Of a stretch of 64,000 bases of DNA, positions 9,568 to 19,254 are shown piece by piece. The first letter of the stretch is position 1. The number at the start of each line of letters is the position of its first letter. Origin of the DNA: a virus (lineage: Duplodnaviria; Caudoviricetes); the IMG/VR virus record IMGVR_UViG_3300048691_000224; one strand, given 5' to 3'. A model generated the notes under the pieces. The model was not told the origin of the DNA. It searched no databases and saw only the letters and a program-made list of their open reading frames with translations. The position numbers were made by a program, and so were the translations under genes.

Positions 9568-10092
9568 TTATTGTAATTGGTCGCTAGGTGGGGATAAAAA
9601 TACACTACCTTCTGCCAGTCTATTGTTCAAATCAAGAATCGTTGCTTTATCTGCAACCATGTCGGGGAATTGGTTCAGTGCTTCATCTACAGCTCTGCTG
9701 AATAGCTCAAGTGGAGTATCATCAGCAAACAATTTGTCCACTACATTAGGAGTTGTTTCAAGATAGTCTAATAACGGCAGGTACGCATCATCGTCTCCAG
9801 CTTCGGCCGCAAGGCGCAGTGGAATATCAAGAGTGAAGAATGATCGTGTCCCACCACCCGGCGTCTCTGCAGATACAGAATAGTTCAACACTCCACTGTA
9901 ACCATCATACGCAAGATCAATCAACCGCACCTCTGTTAGGTTATACCGTGCATCTATGTGGGTCTCTATACAACCCCAGGTACCAGGTAGATAATTGGCA
10001 ATCGCCACACACATTTCAATCCAAACATTTGCTCTGTCTACAAACAAAGATGTTATGTGGTCCGTAAGTTGATTTTGATCTTGTGTACTCAT
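9568..10092 (-). CDS. Hypothetical protein
   Basis: 174-aa ORF between uvsX and uvsY. Confidence 0.55.
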   Translation of the reverse strand: MSTQDQNQLTDHITSLFVDRANVWIEMCVAIANYLPGTWGCIETHIDARYNLTEVRLIDLAYDGYSGVLNYSVSAETPGGGTRSFFTLDIPLRLAAEAGDDDAYLPLLDYLETTPNVVDKLFADDTPLELFSRAVDEALNQFPDMVADKATILDLNNRLAEGSVFLSPPSDQLQ

Positions 10093-10102
10093 AGTTGAAC
10101 CA

Positions 10103-11212
10103 TTATTCCTCTAGTTCATTCAACATTGCTGTTGCATTCATTACTTTCTGCGCACGCTTAGATGTCGTCGCAGAGGGAACATCATCATCTTCGGTAGGCT
10201 CTGTCAGAGTAATTGCTCTGTCACTAATCGCAGCACACCGGATAAGAACTTCATCTTGATACTCTGCAAAATCTGCAGCACGCCATTTAGTAGTACTATC
10301 AGCTAAACTGTACCACGCACCGTGTTTCTTGATGACTCCAAGCGAAATCGCCGCCTCAAACATACCATCGTGCTCTTCGATGCCGATTCCCCATTTGACG
10401 TGCATTGTACACTCTTGGAACGGAAGCGCGAAACGAGTCTTAAACCCTGAACACTTCATGCGTACACCAACGACATCTTTGGTTTGATCATCTTTTAACT
10501 TCAGACGAGTCACCAAGATAATTTGAGATAGAGCGTATCGAATTGCATCATTCACAACCCACTTACCTTCACCTTCCAACAACTGGTCAGCCTTGGCTCT
10601 GTACACCTGGCTAGTCACAGTCATCGTGACATTGAGTTGTTCGATCATATGCACGAACTTTTTCAACATCTTCTTCTGCATTTTACGTTGCAGACCCTGA
10701 TCAGCTGAACTCGTGCCTTTTTTGAAGTGCTCATACTCTGAATCTGTCATGAGCATGTCCAGCGAATCAATTGCAATGTGTACCTTTGGCGCATTGTCCA
10801 AATCAGCAGCATACTCTTCTTTGTACCCCTTCAAGAAGTTGTATACTAGAGACTCCACATTCTCAATTGTGATCACTTTCTTGTAGATGTAATTGTTCGA
10901 TGTGTCGATTCCAGCGCCGGTCATGAAGTTATCATCCAATGCATTCTCCGAATCGAGTACGAGCAAGAATGCACCATCACGTTGAGCTGCACGCGCAATA
11001 TTTGCGGTGATAAACGACTTTCCGGAGCTTGACGGTCCAACCAGGCCTAAAATACGACCTTGAGGTGCACAGTCGCTGAAGTTGCCTGACATAATTTTAT
11101 TAAGCGTGAAGTTTCCACTGCCTACCCAATAGCGTGGCTCAGCTGAACGGTCCGATACGCCTTCAATCTTACTTGCTTCCTTGTGAAAGGTTTCCAGGAA
11201 TTTAAATGCCAT
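10103..11212 (-). CDS. uvsX: RecA/UvsX recombinase
   Basis: GPSSSGKS Walker A, VLDSENA, IAIDSLDML, TSQVY and KTRF; GGA RBS. Confidence 0.92.
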   Translation of the reverse strand: MAFKFLETFHKEASKIEGVSDRSAEPRYWVGSGNFTLNKIMSGNFSDCAPQGRILGLVGPSSSGKSFITANIARAAQRDGAFLLVLDSENALDDNFMTGAGIDTSNNYIYKKVITIENVESLVYNFLKGYKEEYAADLDNAPKVHIAIDSLDMLMTDSEYEHFKKGTSSADQGLQRKMQKKMLKKFVHMIEQLNVTMTVTSQVYRAKADQLLEGEGKWVVNDAIRYALSQIILVTRLKLKDDQTKDVVGVRMKCSGFKTRFALPFQECTMHVKWGIGIEEHDGMFEAAISLGVIKKHGAWYSLADSTTKWRAADFAEYQDEVLIRCAAISDRAITLTEPTEDDDVPSATTSKRAQKVMNATAMLNELEE

Positions 11213-11348
11213 GTGATGTGTCCTTGTTTGTTAATAAGTGTGTGGTTATATGTCCACTGGATACTCTGAGTATGAAATAATTATAAGTTGAATAATGCTC
11301 TGGTTGCAATATTCATACTTCAGATGTATTTGATTCATAGATGGAACT

Positions 11349-11379
11349 AAAATAGGGAGCACACTGGCCCCCTATTTTT
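11349..11379 (-). terminator. Rho-independent terminator after the gp32-like gene
   Basis: AAAATAGGG / CCCTATTTT stem with flanking T/A runs. Confidence 0.7.
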
Positions 11380-11402
11380 CAAACTATGTCATTGTACGAT
11401 GA

Positions 11403-12389
11403 TCAATATGGAATGTCATCATCCATATCATCGAATGTAGTCGCAGGCTTTGCTTTTGCAGCGCGTGATGCGCGAACTTGAGCCAAGAATGCTTCTGCTT
11501 CGTCAGCTTCATCTTCTGCCGCCGGCGCCGCCGCTGGTTTACGAGGAGCTGCAGCGCGTGGAGGAGCTTCATCCTCATCTTCCGCTGGGGCAGCACGGCG
11601 TGCAGGTGCAGCCTTTTTAGGTGCTGGCGCATCCATTCCTGATTCAGCCAATACTTCTTCAATCAAACCCTCGAGATATTCCACCGTTGGTTTCTTCCCC
11701 AACAGGACTTGGAGGTCAACGAAGTTAGGTGTTCCACCAGTTTCGTCTGTAAATTCAACGACAGCCAATTCATCATCTGTGAGTGCACGATTTGAACGAG
11801 CGAATTTAGAAAGTGAGTAATCAGACCACGACTCACCATTTGGACCTTTTTTCTCAGAACGGTTGATAATGAAATCAACACCATTTTCTGTGTGACAAGG
11901 CAAATCATCACCAAGCTCACCTGAAGAGATTCCGTGGCTGATGATATCATACAAGGTTTTACCAAGTGCTAGGGTAACAACCTTGCCTGTATACGTCTCG
12001 CCTGTTTCAGGATCTGGTGGTAGACCATCTTTAACAACAATAGCGCGTGCCATATAGTCAGTCTTTGGCCAGAATTTCTTTCCCATTACCTTGTCATTTG
12101 CTTTGTAGAATTGACGGCTCAGAGCCAAGATTGGACACGCTTCACCAAATGACTCCAGTGAGGTTGCACGAACCTTTTCACCATCAATTGTAGTCTCCCA
12201 CAATTTTCGTTCTTTGAGAAAACCTAGATCATTATCCTGGTTAGCATCTGGGAGGAATCGCAATGTTGCGCTCTTACCGATAGCCATCTTGTAGAATGGG
12301 TAGTACTGTGGTCGGTCTGATTTTGGGCCACTGGATTTAGAAAATGCTGCACGAGCTTTTTCAATGTTGAAGTTTTTGTTGTTAATCAT
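11403..12389 (-). CDS. 32: T4 gp32-like single-stranded DNA-binding protein
   Basis: ATLRFLPD, CPIL, KKFWPKTDYMARAIVV and DYSLSKF; Ala/Pro-rich linker and acidic tail. Confidence 0.88.
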   Translation of the reverse strand: MINNKNFNIEKARAAFSKSSGPKSDRPQYYPFYKMAIGKSATLRFLPDANQDNDLGFLKERKLWETTIDGEKVRATSLESFGEACPILALSRQFYKANDKVMGKKFWPKTDYMARAIVVKDGLPPDPETGETYTGKVVTLALGKTLYDIISHGISSGELGDDLPCHTENGVDFIINRSEKKGPNGESWSDYSLSKFARSNRALTDDELAVVEFTDETGGTPNFVDLQVLLGKKPTVEYLEGLIEEVLAESGMDAPAPKKAAPARRAAPAEDEDEAPPRAAAPRKPAAAPAAEDEADEAEAFLAQVRASRAAKAKPATTFDDMDDDIPY

Positions 12390-12863
12390 AATTTATAAGT
12401 CCTTGATATTAAAGTAAAATCTGGTTTATTCGGTCCCAGTAAACGATCTGATGACTGTTCTATATTAGCTGAATACTAATATGTGCTCAATCAAATTCTT
12501 GAATTAGTAATTTATGGTACCACCCAATGTGTAATGTCCCAATCGGGTGGGTTGTGAGTGATTTGGTGGGTAGATGAACGTTGAGTCTGCTACTGTAACA
12601 GGATTAAGTTTTTCTAAAAATAATTTGTGTTGTGTATGTTTCAAAATTTAGTGAGGGTTAAACGGTCCCTCTAACGTATCAATAGTGCAATGATCTATTT
12701 ATGCGTCGATTGAATGAAGTATCCATTTTCTACCAAAGAAAATACACAAATCGAACTGTGAGTTGATCAACAGTTTCACAAGAGCTGCTTGATAATCCCA
12801 AGGTAGATTACTATGATAGTCACAAATACACCAAAGGCGGTTCCAGCGAAGAATGTGATCATA

Positions 12864-13994
12864 TTAGTACTCCGTGGGTTCGGCGAGAGATCGCAACACA
12901 TCATTATATTCACTTGCGACAAGAGATATATTGTGGAAGTTAGGAGTCCCACTAGCCATAACGAGGCTACTAAAGTGGTTGATTGATGATGGTAAGCACT
13001 TACCCCCATATCCATACCCTGTGTGACCAGGTACACTCCAGTGAGTCGTCCCAAGTCTTGGATCATTTGTAGTCAATACTGAGATAAACTTATCCCAGTC
13101 AGCAAGGGCTACCATTGGGGAACCGTGTGGGCGTACGTAATCCAGATATACATCAAACATTTGATTTGCAAGCGCAACTTTAACAGCAAGTGCAGTATTT
13201 GTAATAATCTTCGCAAATGCAGCTTCTGTTGGAGTGAGTCGCAGAATTGTCACCAAGTGATCAAAAGATCCGTGCTCGTTATATAGTGTTTTGACTACCT
13301 CCGCTAAATCATCGTCAGTGGTCCCAACAATGTGTCGAGATCTTGCTAGAAAGTCGTTGGTGGCATTACGTTCTGTCAGAAATTCTGGACAATACACCAC
13401 TGGCATATTGAACTCGATTCGTTCATCCCACCAATCAATTGGAGTGGTGGATTTGATAATTACTATCCCACCATATTTAAGCTTATCCAATTGCTGGAGA
13501 ATACCATCTAGTGTGGAGGTATCGTATACAGCAACACCCACGCCGGCGGTGGTATTGGTTGGGACACAGATAAAAATTACCGAACAGTCTTTCAAGTCTT
13601 CTAACTTGGTGTTTGAAAATTTAGTGTCGTAGATTGACACGCGACACTTTGGGTTAAATGCTGCCGCTACTGCTTGGCCAACAAACCCATATCCAACAAT
13701 ACCAATATGTAGCATCTTCTCAGAAGTATTCAGGGTAACAATTGGTTGGTCGTTGGGTAACACAGCCTCCGCTAGTGTGTATGCTACCCGATCTACTGGC
13801 ACCCACCAAACTGATGGGGTAGCATCTCGTCTACGGAGGCACATTTCAGAAGTTCTGTCGTAAGGAGAGAAATTAATTGACAGCACTTCACACTCAAACG
13901 GAAAGGTCCTCCATATTGGTGGAAGCACACATTCTGAGTGTTCGGCTGTAATAGTAATTACAGCTCCAGCTTCAGGGTATGGATGGTTTTGCAT
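12864..13994 (-). CDS. UDP-glucose/GDP-mannose dehydrogenase family protein with N-terminal extension
   Basis: IGIVGYGFVG Rossmann motif, FICVPT, IIKST, YCPEFLTE and GYGGKCLP catalytic Cys. Confidence 0.85.
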   Translation of the reverse strand: MQNHPYPEAGAVITITAEHSECVLPPIWRTFPFECEVLSINFSPYDRTSEMCLRRRDATPSVWWVPVDRVAYTLAEAVLPNDQPIVTLNTSEKMLHIGIVGYGFVGQAVAAAFNPKCRVSIYDTKFSNTKLEDLKDCSVIFICVPTNTTAGVGVAVYDTSTLDGILQQLDKLKYGGIVIIKSTTPIDWWDERIEFNMPVVYCPEFLTERNATNDFLARSRHIVGTTDDDLAEVVKTLYNEHGSFDHLVTILRLTPTEAAFAKIITNTALAVKVALANQMFDVYLDYVRPHGSPMVALADWDKFISVLTTNDPRLGTTHWSVPGHTGYGYGGKCLPSSINHFSSLVMASGTPNFHNISLVASEYNDVLRSLAEPTEY

Positions 13995-14070
13995 ACTATA
14001 TTATTCGATAAAAATAATGATTGTTAGACCAACAATTAACGCAGCGAAAAATATTGTCATGGTGTAGATT

Positions 14071-14619
14071 CTAAATGGTTAGTTGGGATTTAACGAGAGT
14101 TACGTGATCAGATGTCAAGAATCTCAATCCAGGATTGACGTGGTTCACAAGTAAGGTTCGGCTATCAAGTTCACCTGCTGCTGTGGGGTTTCTGTGGTCA
14201 ATCAAACCAGTCCCTGAGTTAGTGTCATCAAGCACAAAGTACGATTGTGGGGTAGCAAGCTGATCAGAGTACTCCAAGAGCCACGTATTGATTCGATCAC
14301 GGCGGGTCGGTACTACAGGCTTACACGAAAATGTCAGTTCGGGGTAGATTACCGTCTGGGGAAAGTGTCGACTCAAAACTTCATTGAGTACTTTCCGAGT
14401 AGCATACTTGATCCAGCTCGTACTGAGTACAATGACTGGTGCCAGATCAGCGTCACGCAAGTGATAGATCAGTTCGTATACAGCATTGACGGATGTAGAA
14501 TTGAATACAAAGTTTTCGCGCAACCAGTATGTAGACTTGAGCTGCACCGGTCGATTTTGATTCGCTGGTTCGATAAGCACATCATCGAAGTCTAAAAATA
14601 TTGCAAATTTATCAACCAT
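14071..14619 (-). CDS. HAD-family phosphatase (Swiss-army-knife RNA-repair HAD type)
   Basis: FLDFDDVL, IVLSTSW and YFVLDD motifs. Confidence 0.75.
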   Translation of the reverse strand: MVDKFAIFLDFDDVLIEPANQNRPVQLKSTYWLRENFVFNSTSVNAVYELIYHLRDADLAPVIVLSTSWIKYATRKVLNEVLSRHFPQTVIYPELTFSCKPVVPTRRDRINTWLLEYSDQLATPQSYFVLDDTNSGTGLIDHRNPTAAGELDSRTLLVNHVNPGLRFLTSDHVTLVKSQLTI

Positions 14620-14631
14620 GTGTATACAGCA

Positions 14632-15771
14632 TCACTTGTTTTTGTTGAACAGATTGGCGAAAATGATAATTGTTGATAAGAACATGATTACCTTTCCTAC
14701 CCCTTTGAGAAACTTGGCGGAAGGCTTTTCAGAGTTATCCTCTACCCAATCCGCGAGGTAAATCATACTAATGATAAAAGCAAGCACGCAAAAGATAAAA
14801 AAGCCAACTTGCAGCATGGCGAGTGTAAATTCTAACATAGCAAATCTCTATAAAATCTGATATAATTCAGAAAATTTTAACCACTTTCGAGGGGTGATGT
14901 CGGGAGTTCCCGAATTATCTAAAAATTGAACCTCCACCAATCCTGTTAATAGAGTTGGATTACTACCACGGCCAGCAAAGCGCCCTGTCAATCCAACTAC
15001 ATTACCTTCGTATATGAACTGACTAGCCATGTACGCTGTTAGCAGTTTGTTTATAGCATCAGGCACTGTACTACTATCCTTGTTTGTTGAGCATATTAAA
15101 TACACCCACACTACATGCCATCAGCGAATCCATATCACATGATGTATCACTAGTGGATGTATACATGAAAGAGGTAAGTGCGGCCAAGAGCCGCGCCTCA
15201 TTACCAACGAGCGGATGAGGTGCGTTCACGAGCACTTGAATCACATTGTCTACTAGCGAGATATCTTGATTCAGATCCAGCTTGGTACAAAACTCTTTGC
15301 GGCCTTTAGCAATGGAAATTCCACGAAATTTGCTGAAGTTATCATCTGAGCTGCAAACCGAATACCCGACAGTGTATTTTGATTCATTGTGAAATAAATC
15401 AAACACCAATGTAACCCCACCGAGGTTGGAATTAAGGCAGCTCTTAGGTGGACGAATGTGGCGAACGATATTCCGAGTGATTGTGGGTCGTTGTGGTGTA
15501 GTCATTTGAGAAGTCTTGTAAGATTTTGGAGGATAGTTGGGGAGATGTGTAGGTCTGTAGCAGTCAAGTCCCGCCAGTAATAGGACGGGTGCCTGACCTG
15601 ATCCAGAGTGAAAGGATCGTTGTAGTCAACTCTAATTTTGATTTGTACAACAAGCTTCTTGTTCCAAGATACACGGACAGCAAGTTCTTCTGTCGTCGAC
15701 TCTGTTTTGATTGGTTCTGGTTTCATATCTAAATCAGTGGCATGTTTCTGCAAAGAATGCACGGTCAGCAT
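14632..15771 (-). other. Run of four small hypothetical CDSs (14632-14838 membrane, 14848-15111, 15074-15505, 15502-15771)
   Basis: Tightly packed or overlapping minus-strand ORFs; no recognisable motifs. Confidence 0.5.
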
Positions 15772-16825
15772 CTTGAAAGGTATCTGACATCATTTCACTA
15801 CCTGTTGACTCGATGTTCAACTGACGCTTGTGGTCAAAAATGCAACTGTTGCTAAATGCTTGTAACTTACTCTTGGATAAATCTTCAGCCATGTAATGGG
15901 AAGTCAGTTCTGTTGCAATATTAAACGCGTCAAACGTTGAGATTGGTGAAGCAATTCGCTTCAAGTCTCCGGTACTTAAAGAACTGACTCCAGGCTGAGC
16001 CAAGATCGGCGACAACTTAGCTTTGAGTGACTCAACAAACTTACGAGCCAATACTTGGGTCCGATCACTAGCGAGGATGGCATCGACCTGGTGTCCAAGG
16101 ACTCGAACATCACTAAGCGCAATTCGTTCAGATGGCATGTGTTCCAAACGCGAAGTCACAGTCGTCTCAAACACACGTTTCAGCACGTGGTTAGCAACTT
16201 CCATGTTAGATTCCCACCCGCTGATGATTGGCACTGATCGTGACATCACAGTTCCTTGGCCAAATACGTGTCCATTCGAACACAATTGGCGAACCATTTC
16301 AAAGTGAGATTCCAAATTTGGAGAAAATGCAGACCATTGGAAGCCAATATCGACATCAAATTGACCACCAGCAGAGTCGAAAGCATTGTGTTCGAAGCGC
16401 GAGGTGGAGTTTTTTGCTGAGATAGAACCGAATCCATCTTTAGTGAATCCGATCCGGCGAGACAATTCCTTCAGTGAATCTGGTGTGTGGAGAAATCCAG
16501 TATATCCACTACGGCGATAATCGATGATCTGATCATCGACAATGTGAAATTTACCATCTACGTATGGTTGAGCCAACAATTCTGGGTCGATACCCAACTC
16601 CAGTTGTCTGACGACATCACTAGACTTTGAAAATGTAATATCATACTGGTCATCAACACGAAACGCGAATCCACCAGTTGATGTGTGGATCGGAGTAACA
16701 ACTTTCGCAGTATGGATGTAATTTTGGTGTGGGGCGAAAGATGTTCCGCTGTTGTGCCTAACAGGCTGGCGTGCTAGTGTCATATTGAACCTTTTTAAAG
16801 TTGTTAATATCGTGTGATGTGTCAA
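15734..16825 (-). CDS. DUF932-like protein
   Basis: MVRQLCSNG resembles the DUF932/945 RLxCxNG motif; start may be the internal MTLARQ. Confidence 0.5.
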   Translation of the reverse strand: MTHHTILTTLKRFNMTLARQPVRHNSGTSFAPHQNYIHTAKVVTPIHTSTGGFAFRVDDQYDITFSKSSDVVRQLELGIDPELLAQPYVDGKFHIVDDQIIDYRRSGYTGFLHTPDSLKELSRRIGFTKDGFGSISAKNSTSRFEHNAFDSAGGQFDVDIGFQWSAFSPNLESHFEMVRQLCSNGHVFGQGTVMSRSVPIISGWESNMEVANHVLKRVFETTVTSRLEHMPSERIALSDVRVLGHQVDAILASDRTQVLARKFVESLKAKLSPILAQPGVSSLSTGDLKRIASPISTFDAFNIATELTSHYMAEDLSKSKLQAFSNSCIFDHKRQLNIESTGSEMMSDTFQDADRAFFAETCH

Positions 16826-16872
16826 TTATATAGCGATTTAATCCCAAAGTCAACAAGTATTTTGGATTTTAT

Positions 16873-17940
16873 TTACCCTATAAGGGCAACTGCAGGTGCG
16901 TGGCTGAAGTGGGATCGCAGGGCCTTAATCAAATCCTGGCGAGAGGCAGGAGGGGTGTCAGTAGAATCGACCGTCTTTGGTTCGATTCTGGTGCGAGTAT
17001 TCCCCTTCATCAGTAACATCTTGATGCACTGCTTGAGAGTATTCATCTCTGCAAGAGTAGTTACTCGTGAGTGCAAACCAATCAACCACGCCAGAGCGCT
17101 CGTGAATTTTAGAGGTGCGGCGTGCAATTGCTGCTCAACACGGGTAATTCCACCCAGATTGAAAGTTTGGTGTTCCACCATCAACAACGGAATACCAAGT
17201 GGTTCAGTTGCTGTGTAGTCAAACGTATCTGTTAACCTGCGTGCCACGAAGTTAACGAAGCACAGGTTCACAAACCGAGCAGTGTCGATGCTGCTGAATG
17301 TATTGTACACAGCGAGATTTGTGTCTGAGAGATCCTCAACATCACCAACCAATTGGATTCTGCCGCCCGCACCTACTGCAGTGACGGGTGGGGTTACAAC
17401 CCAGTCTCCACCAGCGTTGTACGCAAACCCGGCACGAATTTTTTGCACAAACACTGTACGATATGCGTGATGTAAATTGAAAGTATCAGCAGTGCGGTAT
17501 CCGAAACCACCATCAATTGAAGTAGGATCGCTAGTGAAACGGTACACATATTGTCCATCAAAGTATTGGTCTGCAGCAGCCCAAGTGCGCAGTGACTGTT
17601 GTAGATAAGCAATGTTCACTGCCATTTTAGATGTCCACTGATATGTACTATCGGCGGCCATTGCGGCGATGTCTTGTTTGTCTGGACCAATTGCGCACAC
17701 GACATTGTCCCCGACCCATAACAAATCAACAGGATATCCAACTAAGAATGTGGACACCTTATTCGCTGTCAACAATAATTGGCGGCCGACCGCCGCAGGG
17801 AGTACAACACGTGTAGTTGTTGCGTCTCCACTACGAGTAAACGTGATAGATGGTTCAATCGTACTCTGAGAGATTTTATGGAGTGTCACTCGCTCGATTT
17901 TGAGTGAGGACATGTCAAATTTGATGTGTGTATTGTGCAT
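16873..17940 (-). CDS. Hypothetical protein
   Basis: 355-aa ORF downstream of a sigma70 promoter at 17948-17976. Confidence 0.6.
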   Translation of the reverse strand: MHNTHIKFDMSSLKIERVTLHKISQSTIEPSITFTRSGDATTTRVVLPAAVGRQLLLTANKVSTFLVGYPVDLLWVGDNVVCAIGPDKQDIAAMAADSTYQWTSKMAVNIAYLQQSLRTWAAADQYFDGQYVYRFTSDPTSIDGGFGYRTADTFNLHHAYRTVFVQKIRAGFAYNAGGDWVVTPPVTAVGAGGRIQLVGDVEDLSDTNLAVYNTFSSIDTARFVNLCFVNFVARRLTDTFDYTATEPLGIPLLMVEHQTFNLGGITRVEQQLHAAPLKFTSALAWLIGLHSRVTTLAEMNTLKQCIKMLLMKGNTRTRIEPKTVDSTDTPPASRQDLIKALRSHFSHAPAVALIG

Positions 17941-17958
17941 AGTGTTTATTGTACCCTA

Positions 17959-18237
17959 TTATTTCTCAGAAGTCAACAGGATCTTCCAATCCCAGAACCA
18001 ATCACCCTCACCTGCTTTCATCTGCCCGAGACAAAAGCACACTGGGAAAGGGTACAACACCAAGTTATTATCTGCATCACGTGCAATCGTAGATACCGAC
18101 CACTCATCATCGAACGAGTTACGTGCAGGCATGATGCAACTCGCCATGTTAGGGTTGGCCAGGAATCGAGGAATACGGATTTCATCTACTTGTTCACCCT
18201 GCAGGCCAGTAGTTGGATCAAATTTGAATACTTTCAT
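17959..18237 (-). CDS. Hypothetical protein
   Basis: 92-aa ORF. Confidence 0.5.
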   Translation of the reverse strand: MKVFKFDPTTGLQGEQVDEIRIPRFLANPNMASCIMPARNSFDDEWSVSTIARDADNNLVLYPFPVCFCLGQMKAGEGDWFWDWKILLTSEK

Positions 18238-18313
18238 GTAAAAACCCCATTTGCGTTAACAGATGGGGTTATTGTACCCTATTAATTAGGGTAAGTCAAC
18301 AGGGAGAAGTGGA

Positions 18314-18874
18314 TTATTTCAACTCTGAGGCTCTAGTGGGATCAATGGCCACTTCGACGGCCGTCCGCAACTCACCAAACACAGTTCGCACCTTGTCTAG
18401 CTTCGTCGAATCGCCATACAGGTTATCGCTACACCAATCCATCAGATCTCGGTTAAACAGTAAGGTCTCAATTTTATCTAAATGATTTTCAATTTGAGCT
18501 GGGTTCCAAACCTTTGGCGACTCATTCAGTGACCGGATAATTGAAGCCATAAAGCCTGTACCTTCAGCCATCGCTGTATACTTGCCATCGACTGTGATAT
18601 CGACGCCAGTGATGCAGCGGTATTTTGCACCTGTTGGTTCGCGAACCAACACAACCAGGTTATCCTTTGTGTACGTGACCAACGGCCGAGACTCATTTGG
18701 CTGTTTTTTCACAAAGCCTTGGGCCACTAGATCACTCAAAAATTTATCGAGACGGGCTGCTTCAGCTTCTTCTTTTGGAACCACCACGCCGAAGTCAGGA
18801 GACTGTGCAAGTGTGATGGAGTTTTTATCAGCAACATCATTAAGGAGTGCTTGGGCTGTTTTAATTGTGTACAT
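18314..18874 (-). CDS. Hypothetical protein
   Basis: 186-aa ORF preceded by a late-promoter-like CTAAATA near 18900. Confidence 0.55.
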   Translation of the reverse strand: MYTIKTAQALLNDVADKNSITLAQSPDFGVVVPKEEAEAARLDKFLSDLVAQGFVKKQPNESRPLVTYTKDNLVVLVREPTGAKYRCITGVDITVDGKYTAMAEGTGFMASIIRSLNESPKVWNPAQIENHLDKIETLLFNRDLMDWCSDNLYGDSTKLDKVRTVFGELRTAVEVAIDPTRASELK

Positions 18875-19023
18875 GTGCGAGTGTTTTAATTGTGTTCAGT
18901 ATATTTAGCCTGAGGCTGCGCAAAGTGGTTTCAAATTAACTAGTGGGGTGCCATTCGCGGGAGTGAGTAAGTCCCCAATGGCACTACCGATCCTGAAAAG
19001 GGAAATGGATCAGCAGGAACGGT

Positions 19024-19254
19024 TTATGTAAAGCTTTGTATATTACTAGCCGTCATCAATATTTTGGCCGCCACCTCCAACTCGATCCACTGTTGGTGAT
19101 CAATTTTGATTGTGTTGTCGTTTAGATCGCTAAGCACGAGGAACACACCTCCTGCTTCATCATCAAGCGCCAATTTGATTGTGTTCTCACCAAAAATCGG
19201 CGATTCGTCTTGGTACGATACTGCAACGGAAGTGATTGTGGATTTATACGTCAT
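19024..19254 (-). CDS. Small conserved phage protein
   Basis: ESPIFGE...LDDEAGGVFL motif; overlaps the ligase stop. Confidence 0.55.
   Translation of the reverse strand: MTYKSTITSVAVSYQDESPIFGENTIKLALDDEAGGVFLVLSDLNDNTIKIDHQQWIELEVAAKILMTASNIQSFT

Noticed and set aside
11384-11965. Alternative-frame ORFs 11384-11662 and 11663-11965
   Set aside because: They are off-frame readings of the low-complexity gp32 C-terminal region.
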